Virus record (IMG/VR): IMGVR_UViG_3300010885_072825
Span: 75,591 to 139,590 of that record
Strand: one strand, 5' to 3'
DNA: 64,000 bases
DNA from: a virus
Below are positions 29,519 to 39,100 of the stretch, one piece after another. A program made the position numbers and the translations under genes. A model generated the notes under the pieces. That model saw nothing but the letters and a program-made list of their open reading frames with translations. It did not search any database and was not told where the DNA came from. The number at the start of each line of letters is the position of its first letter. Within the stretch, counting starts at the first letter, position 1.

Positions 29519-30890
29519 ATAGTACCTCAAATCATATAATATCTTAAACTAGTTTAAGATATCACTACTATTATGATTGAGTCTTTGTTTTTTTCCAAGA
29601 GAACTATTTGTGCCCTTGTGTGTTTTCTTAGCTAGAGCGCCCAGACCTCTAGCCAAGATATTACGTGCGGCATTAGTATCTGCGTCGCTGTCGTAACCAC
29701 AATGTACACACACGAAATATTCGCCCCTGCGACTATCTGCATGTACATGCCCACATTCGCTACACATCTGAGATGTATAGGCAGGATTTATCCGAAATAC
29801 ATGAACGTCATGTTCAGCAGCTAACTCCTCAATCCGGTTGTTGATATAACTTAAACACCATGCATGGTTTTTATATCCCCAACTTTTACCTGTTTTCATA
29901 CCAGTTAAATTTTCGGTAATCAAATAGTCTATTGCATCAAAATTAATGTCGCGTTTCAATGAATAATTAATTTCATTACGTAAAAAATTTCTAGCTCGTT
30001 TTTGTGCTTTACTACCATGTTTCTTTGAAGCAACAATATCCATGATTTGATCAATTGGCAATCCCCTTTTGTGTGTGGTTTCCATATGCCCATCATCTCT
30101 AGCAATTAACTTTTTACGACCAATATCAATTGCTTGAATCTTAGTTATGTCATTGCTCAAATTGACTGTTTTGTGAAAATAAAATCCCAATGACCCGTCA
30201 TTATTCACTCGTAACGAATTGGTCTTTAAAACAAATCCCCTGTCAATTAATTTTTTCATATGACGCGTTAACACAAGCGGAATATAAAAATTACCCCGCA
30301 TGAAGGAAGATATTTTAATCCAATACTCACAAATCTTAGTATCTTTTGATTTTTCTATTGAAATAAATCTTGAATCCAGTTCAATATTAACTGAGTTAAT
30401 ATCAACTTGCAATAGACCCGAATTATATTTTGTCAATATCTCTCGTTGATATTTTTTTAAATTCTCAGAATTCCTAGCTAATTTGACTTTAACTGTAATA
30501 GATCTAGCTATTGCTACTGCTTGTTTGGCTAAAACTTGACTCATCCGAGCAGGAAATGGCAATGCTGCAACTATTTCTTTGGGAAGAAAGTTTGGTATTT
30601 GATCAAAATCATATATCAACTTGTTGACTAATTTATGTAATTCAAATTTATATAAGTCGAAAGGAGTATTCAAACGTGTTTGTTTCCCTGTATTCGCCAA
30701 TACGGGATTATAATTACTAATGCGGATATTGTTTTTATTGGGTTTCTTCGCCATTAGTCAATTCCAAAATTAGTTTTTCTTATACAACCAATTACAAAAA
30801 GATGTTTATAATTCATCAAAAACTTTATGTTTCCTACTTGTATTTATACTAGAAATATAGTATTGTTTGCAATATGAATGAAAATAAATA
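29519..30890 (-). mobile_element. Non-autonomous TnpB-only element (IS200/IS605/IS607-derived), about 1.37 kb
   Basis: Boundaries defined by the split gene with a 3-nt TAT ambiguity; right-end palindrome; no tnpA. Confidence 0.75.
29549..30754 (-). CDS. tnpB: TnpB RNA-guided endonuclease
   Basis: RuvC-I IDIG, RuvC-II ENL, YTSQMCSECG...CVHCG zinc finger, RuvC-III DADTNAARNI. Confidence 0.9.
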   Translation of the reverse strand: MAKKPNKNNIRISNYNPVLANTGKQTRLNTPFDLYKFELHKLVNKLIYDFDQIPNFLPKEIVAALPFPARMSQVLAKQAVAIARSITVKVKLARNSENLKKYQREILTKYNSGLLQVDINSVNIELDSRFISIEKSKDTKICEYWIKISSFMRGNFYIPLVLTRHMKKLIDRGFVLKTNSLRVNNDGSLGFYFHKTVNLSNDITKIQAIDIGRKKLIARDDGHMETTHKRGLPIDQIMDIVASKKHGSKAQKRARNFLRNEINYSLKRDINFDAIDYLITENLTGMKTGKSWGYKNHAWCLSYINNRIEELAAEHDVHVFRINPAYTSQMCSECGHVHADSRRGEYFVCVHCGYDSDADTNAARNILARGLGALAKKTHKGTNSSLGKKQRLNHNSSDILN

Positions 30891-31230
30891 ATACTTTGTG
30901 TCATTGATCCACCTGGATTCCAAACTCGGACGCCGCCTTGATAACTGTCTTTGCGAGCAATTCCAGCTGCCACCAATTCCTTGGCAAACTTGGAATTCGC
31001 CGGGCGAATAATTGCCCAGGCAAAACCACAATAAAATGGTTCAGGATTCTTGGCGAGATAGTCGGCTTATGCCTTTTGTGCAGCAGTCCAAGCCATATTG
31101 TGAATTTCAATTGCAGTAGGCATCTTGTTGCTCCAACAAATTATTCCTTATCATATAATTCAAAAACCTGTTTGTCAACAGTTGATTTATTTCTCAATCC
31201 AATAAATAATTGGGAAAATAGAGATCACCC

Positions 31231-31794
31231 ATGTCAACCACACTTCTTATGAACGCTGACTTTTCTCCACTCAGCATAATTCCACTCAGCACAGTATCTT
31301 GGAGAGAAGGCATCAAAATAAGCTTTCTTGATCATGCCAAGACACTTGAGTACTATGACGATTGGTTCGTGCATAGCCCAAGTCGAACCATGCAAGTTCC
31401 CAGTGTGATGATCAGCCGGACTTTCATCAAGAAGAAGAATTTCATCAGATTCACTCGCCAAAATCTTTTGATACGAGATAATTTCTCTTGCCAGTATTGT
31501 GGCACGATTTTGAACAACAATACACTAACTGTAGATCACGTTATTCCTCGTGTCCGAGGAGGTAAAACTCGCTGGGATAATATTGTCTGTGCATGTAAAA
31601 AATGTAACTCTGAAAAGGGACACAAATCAGTGATGAAACCCATGCAGGCTCCATTCAAACCCAGCTATTATGATTTAGTGGGGAATGCACAGAAGTTACC
31701 AATCGTGGTTCCTGATGCCAAATGGATCCCCTATTTGAATTGGGATCCTGAAATAATCACGGTTAGACCACCAAACAAAAATAATTTCAATTAA
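31231..31794 (+). CDS. HNH endonuclease (McrA-like)
   Basis: RD...CQYCG, TVDHVIP..RGG, NIVCACKKCN.EKG. Confidence 0.9.
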   Translation: MSTTLLMNADFSPLSIIPLSTVSWREGIKISFLDHAKTLEYYDDWFVHSPSRTMQVPSVMISRTFIKKKNFIRFTRQNLLIRDNFSCQYCGTILNNNTLTVDHVIPRVRGGKTRWDNIVCACKKCNSEKGHKSVMKPMQAPFKPSYYDLVGNAQKLPIVVPDAKWIPYLNWDPEIITVRPPNKNNFN

Positions 31795-31850
31795 ATTATT
31801 GACTTGGTCTAGATCAGTCATAAATAATTTGACTTATTTAAGGAGACTTT

Positions 31851-32051
31851 ATGACTGAACAAAACAATACTGATCACTTGATTACACTTGTTGATCTAAA
31901 GAATATCATGACTATAATTGATCTCGCTAGTACTCGAGGTGCATTCAAAGCTCTTGAACTTCAGCCCGTTGGTGAATTGTATAATAAAATAGACCGTTTT
32001 ATACAAATCGCTAATTCTGCCAGTGAATCAAAATCTGAAACCACAACCTAA
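31851..32051 (+). CDS. Conserved jumbo-phage hypothetical protein
   Basis: IIDLASTRGAF; late promoter and AAGGAG RBS. Confidence 0.7.
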   Translation: MTEQNNTDHLITLVDLKNIMTIIDLASTRGAFKALELQPVGELYNKIDRFIQIANSASESKSETTT

Positions 32052-32060
32052 AAGGAACTC

Positions 32061-32822
32061 ATGACAATTACCACTTTACATGGAATGACCAAACACGTTG
32101 GGGTCATTAATAATACTGGAAAAAACGTGGCCGTAATTTATATGCAACTCCCTGATGATCCAGGGCATGCACTGGTTCTTGATACGGATGCACTACCCGA
32201 TGAATTCAACGATGTACTTCGTCGAATTATTGATAGCCAAGATGGTCAGGATTCAAAAAATCTTGGAGATGTGTTGGGACGTAAAATGTCGCCTGATGGC
32301 AGCAATCTAACACTGCTACAAAAATTTCATGCAGCTGGTCGACTGGAACGCAAACCAATTGAACAAATTACTATGACTCCGCGCCGTGGTGTTAATTGGC
32401 CACTAAAAGATATTTTAGATGCCATGGCTCAACCTGAAGCAGAAATCATTCCTGGATTTAATGATTTGGATCCAGAAACCCGAGCTGAAATTGCCGCTAA
32501 TCTTGGTAAGTTCAACATGCATGAAGTAAATCATGAAGCTGAATCAACAAGCTTAAATGCAAGTCAAGCCGCTGAACTTTTGGAAATGGCAAAGATGTTG
32601 GAAGCTGATGCTCATAACAAAAGAATTCAAGCATACCGCATGGATCCTTCACTGAAGCCTGCTGAAAAGAAAGCTATTGCTGAAAAGAAGGCAATCGAAG
32701 CAGAAGCACCAGCACCACAAAAAATGGTACGTATTGCCAAGACAACTAAAACCAAATCAACTGAACTTCATGCCTCAGCTGATCCCAAGCCACGTGCTAA
32801 CACGGTTCGCAAAACCAAATAA
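32061..32822 (+). CDS. Conserved hypothetical protein with basic C-terminal tail
   Basis: 253 aa with AAGGA RBS. Confidence 0.75.
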   Translation: MTITTLHGMTKHVGVINNTGKNVAVIYMQLPDDPGHALVLDTDALPDEFNDVLRRIIDSQDGQDSKNLGDVLGRKMSPDGSNLTLLQKFHAAGRLERKPIEQITMTPRRGVNWPLKDILDAMAQPEAEIIPGFNDLDPETRAEIAANLGKFNMHEVNHEAESTSLNASQAAELLEMAKMLEADAHNKRIQAYRMDPSLKPAEKKAIAEKKAIEAEAPAPQKMVRIAKTTKTKSTELHASADPKPRANTVRKTK

Positions 32823-32835
32823 ACTTCATTTAATT

Positions 32836-32867
32836 AAATGACCAATGATTCTTCATTGGTCATTTTT
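32836..32867. terminator. Terminator between convergent genes
   Basis: AAATGACCAATGA..TCATTGGTCATTTTT. Confidence 0.75.
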
Positions 32868-32871
32868 ATGA

Positions 32872-33345
32872 TTAATTGTCAAACTCGGATTCATCAGGTA
32901 ATTCAATTGGTTGAATATAGAATCGACCAAAATGTTCATCTGCAATGTCACCAATTATTTCATAATTTATTTTTTTCAATTTAGGAGCAAGATATTGTGC
33001 TAGTGAATCATAGATGCCAATATGATTACCATCAGCATTAATTTGTATTTGCTTGGGTTTGACTTTGATGATAAAAGAATAAATTCCAGAAACAATTTTT
33101 GAAAAAACAGTGAATGCTTTTCTTCCGGCTAATGAATTGATACTGGTATCTCGAATCGATCTACCCTGATACATTCTATCTGCCCAAAATGCAAAAAACC
33201 AAATCGATTGACTTGGCCTTGCTCTGTCTTTTTGAAATGCTGCTTGATAAGTGATATTGTCTAATTCGAAAGAAAAGTGATAACGATCTTCAGAATGTTT
33301 CACCAATTCAATGGCATTGATTTCAAATAATTCATATAGTTTCAT
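32872..33345 (-). CDS. Hypothetical protein, candidate internal head protein
   Basis: MKLYELFE| N-terminus; ATAAATA 4 nt before the ATG. Confidence 0.7.
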   Translation of the reverse strand: MKLYELFEINAIELVKHSEDRYHFSFELDNITYQAAFQKDRARPSQSIWFFAFWADRMYQGRSIRDTSINSLAGRKAFTVFSKIVSGIYSFIIKVKPKQIQINADGNHIGIYDSLAQYLAPKLKKINYEIIGDIADEHFGRFYIQPIELPDESEFDN

Positions 33346-33355
33346 CTGATATTTA

Positions 33356-34210
33356 TCAGACGGCCATGGGCGCTGATATGGCTGGGTGATGTTGATAATT
33401 TAAAATTTTGATATCACACATTTTAAAATCATCTATGTCTTTTATGTCGGGATTGAGCCAAAGTTGTGGTAATGGATAGGGTTCTCTAGTCAGTTGTTCT
33501 CGAACTTGTTCAATATGATTCTGATATATATGTTCATCTCCCACAGACACTATTAATTCACCCACAGATAAATTACATACTTGAGCAATCATATGGGTAA
33601 GCAAAGCATATGATGCATAATTATAGCTTGCGCCTAAAAAGCCATCTTGACTTCTCTGCGTCATCATGCAGCTCAATTTACCATTAGCAACCCACATTTG
33701 GAACATGGCATGGCACGGAGGGAGTGCCATTTCTTCTATCTCACCGGGATTATAAGCCACTACCATATGACGACGACTTGCGGGATCTTTTTTAATACCA
33801 TCAATCAAATTTTTAATTTGATCGATTCGTTCTTGACGATAATTAAACCATTGTCTCCACTGAACCGGATATATACGCCCAGTATCACCATCAAATCTGG
33901 CGTTGGGTTTCCAATAATCGGCTTGTGCGTTTGCTGTCCAAATAGTGGTTTTATTGGTTAGTTCTTGTCTAGGCTTTTCATAACGGATTTCTGCCAATCG
34001 TCGTTCGTCTGAACTACCTTCTAAAAACCAAAGTAGCTCACTTACAATACTACCCCACAACATTTTCTTTGTAGTAACTAGTGGGAAACCCTCTGATAAA
34101 TCAAATCGAATTTGTCTACCAAATACCGATAGTGTACCAACCCCAGTTCTATCCATACGATAGACACCATTATCCAATATATATTTGAGCTCATCGTGAT
34201 ATTGTTTCAT
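33356..34210 (-). CDS. thyA: Thymidylate synthase
   Basis: DRTGVGT, ELLWFL, ALPPCH, QRSQD..LG...N. Confidence 0.95.
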   Translation of the reverse strand: MKQYHDELKYILDNGVYRMDRTGVGTLSVFGRQIRFDLSEGFPLVTTKKMLWGSIVSELLWFLEGSSDERRLAEIRYEKPRQELTNKTTIWTANAQADYWKPNARFDGDTGRIYPVQWRQWFNYRQERIDQIKNLIDGIKKDPASRRHMVVAYNPGEIEEMALPPCHAMFQMWVANGKLSCMMTQRSQDGFLGASYNYASYALLTHMIAQVCNLSVGELIVSVGDEHIYQNHIEQVREQLTREPYPLPQLWLNPDIKDIDDFKMCDIKILNYQHHPAISAPMAV

Positions 34211-34733
34211 TCTTTCTTGTCCAGACTTGGTATTGCTTATTTTCCAGTAATTGAGTGTCAGTTTGTTTGAAATGTTTTAGATAGGCCATCATATCTAAAC
34301 TAACATCACAATCATACATATTATTGAACACTGTAAGTTGAATGTCATTAATTATTGGATGCGCTAGTTCTAATACCTGTTTACCTCCAATGAAGTAAAT
34401 TTCTTTGTCAGGATGCTCATCATGCAGAGTAACAATTGATTCAAAAAAATCACTGGGAGTAATGATAGCATCTGGTTTTACATTATCCATTGTTTCCCAA
34501 CATGGACATCTACTTACAACAATGTTCATTCGGTTTGGAAGAGGTTTTCTAGAACCCAATGAATCCCAAGTCTTGCGTCCCATAACGATAATATTGTCTG
34601 TTGTGATCTGTTTGAATCTCCGTAAATCTTCTGAATCATTTGGCCAAGGCAATGCGCCATTGTTTCCCAGTCCTCCTCGAACATCAACTGCAAATATGGC
34701 ATGATGCTTTTTAGAAAAGTATATGTTTGGCAT
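34191..34733 (-). CDS. folA: Dihydrofolate reductase
   Basis: LPWP..EDL..FK, VMGRKTWDSL, PLPNR, IGG. Confidence 0.92.
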   Translation of the reverse strand: MPNIYFSKKHHAIFAVDVRGGLGNNGALPWPNDSEDLRRFKQITTDNIIVMGRKTWDSLGSRKPLPNRMNIVVSRCPCWETMDNVKPDAIITPSDFFESIVTLHDEHPDKEIYFIGGKQVLELAHPIINDIQLTVFNNMYDCDVSLDMMAYLKHFKQTDTQLLENKQYQVWTRKNETISR

Positions 34734-34738
34734 TGGAT

Positions 34739-35074
34739 TTATTTTGAAGCAGTCTTTTTTGTTTTTTTAGAAGGCGCGGTTTCTATTTGCATGGTATCCA
34801 TTTCTTCCAACAATTTTTTGCTCCAACGATTCACATCTCGTTTGATTCTATTAAAATCAATTCTAAGCCTGCAACTTACAATAGAGTTTGGTGGTATTTC
34901 ATGATTTTTTTCAGATTCCAACAAATCAGTGAATTCTTCTGGACTTATTGTATATTTGTCTCCAGTATTAGTAATTACTTGTACTTCTCGAATATATTTT
35001 GCGGGAGGATTATTTTCAATTACCAAGGAGTCAAATATGTCTTTCCAAACTGGATCATTTATATATCGTGACAT
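34739..35074 (-). CDS. Hypothetical protein
   Basis: Late promoter and AGGAG RBS. Confidence 0.7.
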   Translation of the reverse strand: MSRYINDPVWKDIFDSLVIENNPPAKYIREVQVITNTGDKYTISPEEFTDLLESEKNHEIPPNSIVSCRLRIDFNRIKRDVNRWSKKLLEEMDTMQIETAPSKKTKKTASK

Positions 35075-35117
35075 GGTTGTTCTCCTATTTTACACTAACT
35101 ATTTATCTATTTTTCTT

Positions 35118-35504
35118 TTATTCAACTGAAGATCCCGGCGCAATTGGCCAAACAATTTTCGTGGGATCTGGATAAGTAACTAATATATTTCTAATAGATT
35201 GTCGATATGTAGCCCATGCTGTTTTGTTTATTGTGTTAGGCACATCAGGCAATTGTGTCCAGTCTGATTGAGACAAAATGTTATTTCTCATGTTTCGTGC
35301 TTGTTCTACTGTCAATGCTGGTTGAACTGGTTTTTGAGTTATTGGTTGACCATTGGTACCCATGACAATGACATTACCGGTTGATTGATCATCTATCAAG
35401 TGTTGATAATAATCATCTGCCAGTTCAATTACATCATCGGGCATTGAATCATGAATATCATCAGTATAAAATCCTTTGGTAGTTGGTGAATAAAAATATG
35501 TCAT
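35118..35504 (-). CDS. Tail fibre assembly chaperone
   Basis: YSPTTKGFY...P.D; RN.IL..SDWTQLPD...W.TYRQ.IR. Confidence 0.85.
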   Translation of the reverse strand: MTYFYSPTTKGFYTDDIHDSMPDDVIELADDYYQHLIDDQSTGNVIVMGTNGQPITQKPVQPALTVEQARNMRNNILSQSDWTQLPDVPNTINKTAWATYRQSIRNILVTYPDPTKIVWPIAPGSSVE

Positions 35505-35518
35505 AAATTCTCCGATAA

Positions 35519-36172
35519 TTATCTAAAATCACTATAATCACTTGCTGACTCAACTTGCAATATTACATTGTTAGTTGACACTACTGCTGAATCTGATATA
35601 CGTCGTATATTGATTCTCAAATTAACTTCGCGATAACGATCCACATTTCTACCAGCTGCCACAAACAAACTGTATGATATGGCACTAGCTGATCCCAAAT
35701 TATACCAAGTATCAGGCTGGTAAGTACCATATAAAGAATTTATAGTGGCACCTGTTTCAGTAGTACTGGTCACAATTTGTGCTTGTATTTGGTAATTCGC
35801 AGCATTATCCCCAGTGGGATTCCATTCATTAGTATATACCGTTTCTGAACCAGTGTCACCAGAATCTCTCACTATCACTGATCCAGCGGGATAACTGGAA
35901 TATCCTGAATTTACGTATATAATACTGGATTGCGCATTGCCAGGCCAAGTTACAAATGAATAAACCAAGTGTGGTGCTAGAACCACGGGCATTGGGCCGT
36001 CACTTCCACCGCCCCCGCCACCACCGCCGCCGCCTGATGACACTGAATTCCAAGCTGACCCATCCCATGCACCCATGTCACTAGCAACCCATGATGTACC
36101 ATTCCAAACATAAAGCTGTGCAGTATGCCATGAACCAGTGCCAGAATTAGTAGAGTAATTAATTTGTGCCAT
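35519..36172 (-). CDS. Tail-fibre-associated (adhesin-like) protein
   Basis: Start MAQINY coupled to the upstream TAA; WNG..W repeats; poly-Gly linker. Confidence 0.65.
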   Translation of the reverse strand: MAQINYSTNSGTGSWHTAQLYVWNGTSWVASDMGAWDGSAWNSVSSGGGGGGGGGGSDGPMPVVLAPHLVYSFVTWPGNAQSSIIYVNSGYSSYPAGSVIVRDSGDTGSETVYTNEWNPTGDNAANYQIQAQIVTSTTETGATINSLYGTYQPDTWYNLGSASAISYSLFVAAGRNVDRYREVNLRINIRRISDSAVVSTNNVILQVESASDYSDFR

Positions 36173-39100
36173 TAGTATCCAACTGCAATATATGTATATG
36201 GACGCAATCCATAAGATGACGTCTGAGCATAGTGTGTTTGTACTCCACATCCTGAATTACTTAATCCAAAATACTGTATCACAACCATAGCGCCACTAGT
36301 GTTACAAGTTGCTGTTACAGAAAACACAGTATTTGGGAATGTGATTGGAAAAGTGATAGTACCATTACCACCACCATCCGTAGTCCCTTGACCCCATTGA
36401 ATGATGCAGCCACCAGGTAATGTAACATAACCATTACCGGTCAATGATTGAGCACCGCCTCCGCTGCCTGATGTATTGATCCAAATGTCACCAGCAGCAC
36501 TGGCAGTGGGAGTAGATCCCGTAATGAATACTTGCCCTCCGGAAGTATAGCCAGCAGTAACATTTCTCAATACCGGACTATTAGCTGTGGTTACGATACT
36601 AGTAGTATCTGAACTACTAATACTAGCTGAACCAGATACTGCACCTGCCAACGCAATGGTTTTTCCAGTTATATATCCTTTGACAGCATATTGGGTGGGT
36701 GCAGTTGTGTGATCATAGCTAGCATTGACATGTGTTAGTGAAGGATCGTCGCTGACTTCCTGCAATTGAACTCCAGCTACGACGCCATTCCTAGAAAATG
36801 GACCAATTTCACTAATACCACTCAAATTAATATTATTGGCGTTTAGTGTGATTGTACCAGTAGCAAAATCCACCCCAAAATAAGGACCAACTGAAAAATT
36901 ACCAGTATTGTCAATTGTCACATAGTAGACTTTACCAGGATAATCTGAAATAGTCTTTTGCGTTAAATCTGGCACACCACCATAGGCTGGCAATGCATTA
37001 AATGTGACTCCAGATCCAGGATATTCTAACGCCAAACTACCAGTACTGATGTAACTCACATTATAAAATGCAACGGTTGTTCCAGAGCTGACACTTACGA
37101 TTGCTGGTTGAATTTGCACATCATAAGTTGTACCACTTACCAGTGTGGCTGCAATCACATTATAAAACACGCTATTGATTAATGCACTGGTACCATTTTG
37201 CGGTTTGTTAGAAAGTCCACTAATTCTCAACACGTTTGGAGATTGTAAGATAACCGTTCCTGTTGCGCTTGTACCAGATCCAGCAGCAAAACTTACTGAA
37301 GGAACTGATGTATAATTCGATCCACTGGTGTTCATTTGAACAGTGCTGACGCCACCCAGATTTACTATTGCGTTGCCTGATGCTCCAGAACCGCCGCCGC
37401 CACTGAATGAAACCGGGAAATTAGCAGAATATCCTGATCCAGCAACATCAATCCTGACACCAGCCACCGTGGAATTGTATGTATTTGCTACTGTACCGGA
37501 AGCATATGCCACGGGGTAATATCCACTTGCTCTAATTCCCTGTGTTCCAAAATCCACCACACTATTGGAAATATTGGCTACACCTCCAGATCTAGCCCAA
37601 AATCCCACGCTGGAGAAAGTAGTAAAGCAACTGACGAACTGTGCATAACCTTTATTGATAATCAAATGCCCAATACCACCTTGGTTAATTTGGGTATAAC
37701 TATCACATACCATACTGGTTATAACAGACGCATTACTTAATACTTGTCCATCAATTCTAGTACCGGATCCTGCCCCATTGGGATTGACCGCAGTAAATCC
37801 AGAACCAGGCGCTGAAATATTATATGGTGGTAGAGTAGTAATCAATTTACCTGTAGTATCATATGGGCCAGTAATACTAGAACAATTCTGTATATATGGA
37901 GATACCGTAATAGTTAATGGAGTTGGTGGAGGAACACTAACCGTTGGTACGAAGGAATATTTACTACCACTATTAGTTATTGTAAAACTACCGATTATAT
38001 TTGCTACGACGGTGGCTATTGCTGTTGCTCCTACACCCGTAACATCACTTATTGTAACAAATGCTCCAGTACCAGTGGTATATCCAGACCCAGGAGTTAC
38101 TACATTGATTGCAGTAATAACACCACCTACGGTACGTACCGTCAACACTGCATCATCTGATGTTATACTTCCACTAGCAGTAGCAGTTGGACTAGTGTAT
38201 CCAGATCCTCCGGAGGTCACTGTGACTACTTGAATACCAGTTACCAAGTTAGCAGTTGCAGTAGCTTGTACTCCGGTTAAATCTACCGGAGGTTCAATGA
38301 ATACCGCGGGAGCAACTGAATAGCTGCCCGGTGACCAAGCCGCAGATATTGAACTTACGATACCTGATCCCGTTACCAAGTTACCACTCATTGTTGGCAA
38401 ACCAATTGCACAACGGAATGCCACAGCAGCAGCAGGCGCTTGATGATCCCTAACAGTAAACCCATAAAAGTAGGTTGCCGAATCAGTATGGAACACATCT
38501 AATTGCGGATATAGTGGACGAACCGTAACTCGGCGCAGGTTATCTCCCACTATACTGACTCTAGCTGGAACATAAAGCGGATTAGCTTCGGTGTAATCAC
38601 CACTGGCCAATATGATTGTGTCGCCAGCTGCCACAGCGGCTAATGCTGCTTTTATTGTTCGATAGGGTTTGTTGACTGTGCCATTATTAGCATCATTACC
38701 GGCGGTGGAAACATAAAGTCTATTAGATACCGTGGCATCTGCACTGTACAGTGGTACTTGTCGTATTGGAGTTCCGCCAGAACTGTTTGTAAAATAAAAA
38801 TCTACTCCATCAAATTCCACAGCTCCCAATTGAGGTGTGGCAGTTAATGTGCCAATTTGATAAGTCATTGGTGCTGTATTTGCAGTACCACCACCTATTG
38901 TTACTGGACCAGAAAACAGAGATTTTCCTGAAACAGCCAATTGGTTACTGGTTGGGGCAGTATTGATCCCCAACTGATTAAATTGTGCTCTATTACTGTA
39001 TATGTTTGCAAAACGTTGTGAAGTAGATCCCAAATTTCTAGTATTATCAGAATCTGGCAAGTTATTTTGATTACTCTTAAATAAAGTGGAATCACCAATA

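Larger units (their letters stand above)
29431..31123 (-). pseudogene. Phage gene (CGFAW...WNP...QSM..KE family, about 106 aa) split by a TnpB element and carrying an internal TAA
   Basis: 5' half 31123-30893 MPTAIEIHNMAWTAAQKA*ADYL...CGFAWAII...WNPGGSMTQS; 3' half 29520-29431 MTLKELATYAYVAVLIQHGIRAESHSRAD; halves rejoin in frame as AGT ATG. Confidence 0.8.

Noticed and set aside
29519-30890. Group I intron / IStron
   Set aside because: There is too little non-coding sequence for a ribozyme core, no junction compatible with a terminal G, and the host gene has a nonsense codon.
31067-31069. Stop-codon reassignment suggested by the in-frame TAA
   Set aside because: It is a single case in a gene already split by an insertion. 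Conserved genes are intact in the standard code and end in TAA, TAG or TGA.
30849-31252. ORF-track calls 30849-31031, 30901-31110 and 30938-31252
   Set aside because: These are shadow frames over the pseudogene 5' half, which has the RBS and the recognisable CGFAW motif.
33356-34210. dCMP hydroxymethylase or other base-modifying ThyA homologue
   Set aside because: It retains the dUMP-specifying Asn and canonical ThyA motifs and is paired with DHFR.
36003-36035. GC-rich CCG/CCA run
   Set aside because: It simply encodes a poly-Gly linker in the tail-associated protein.
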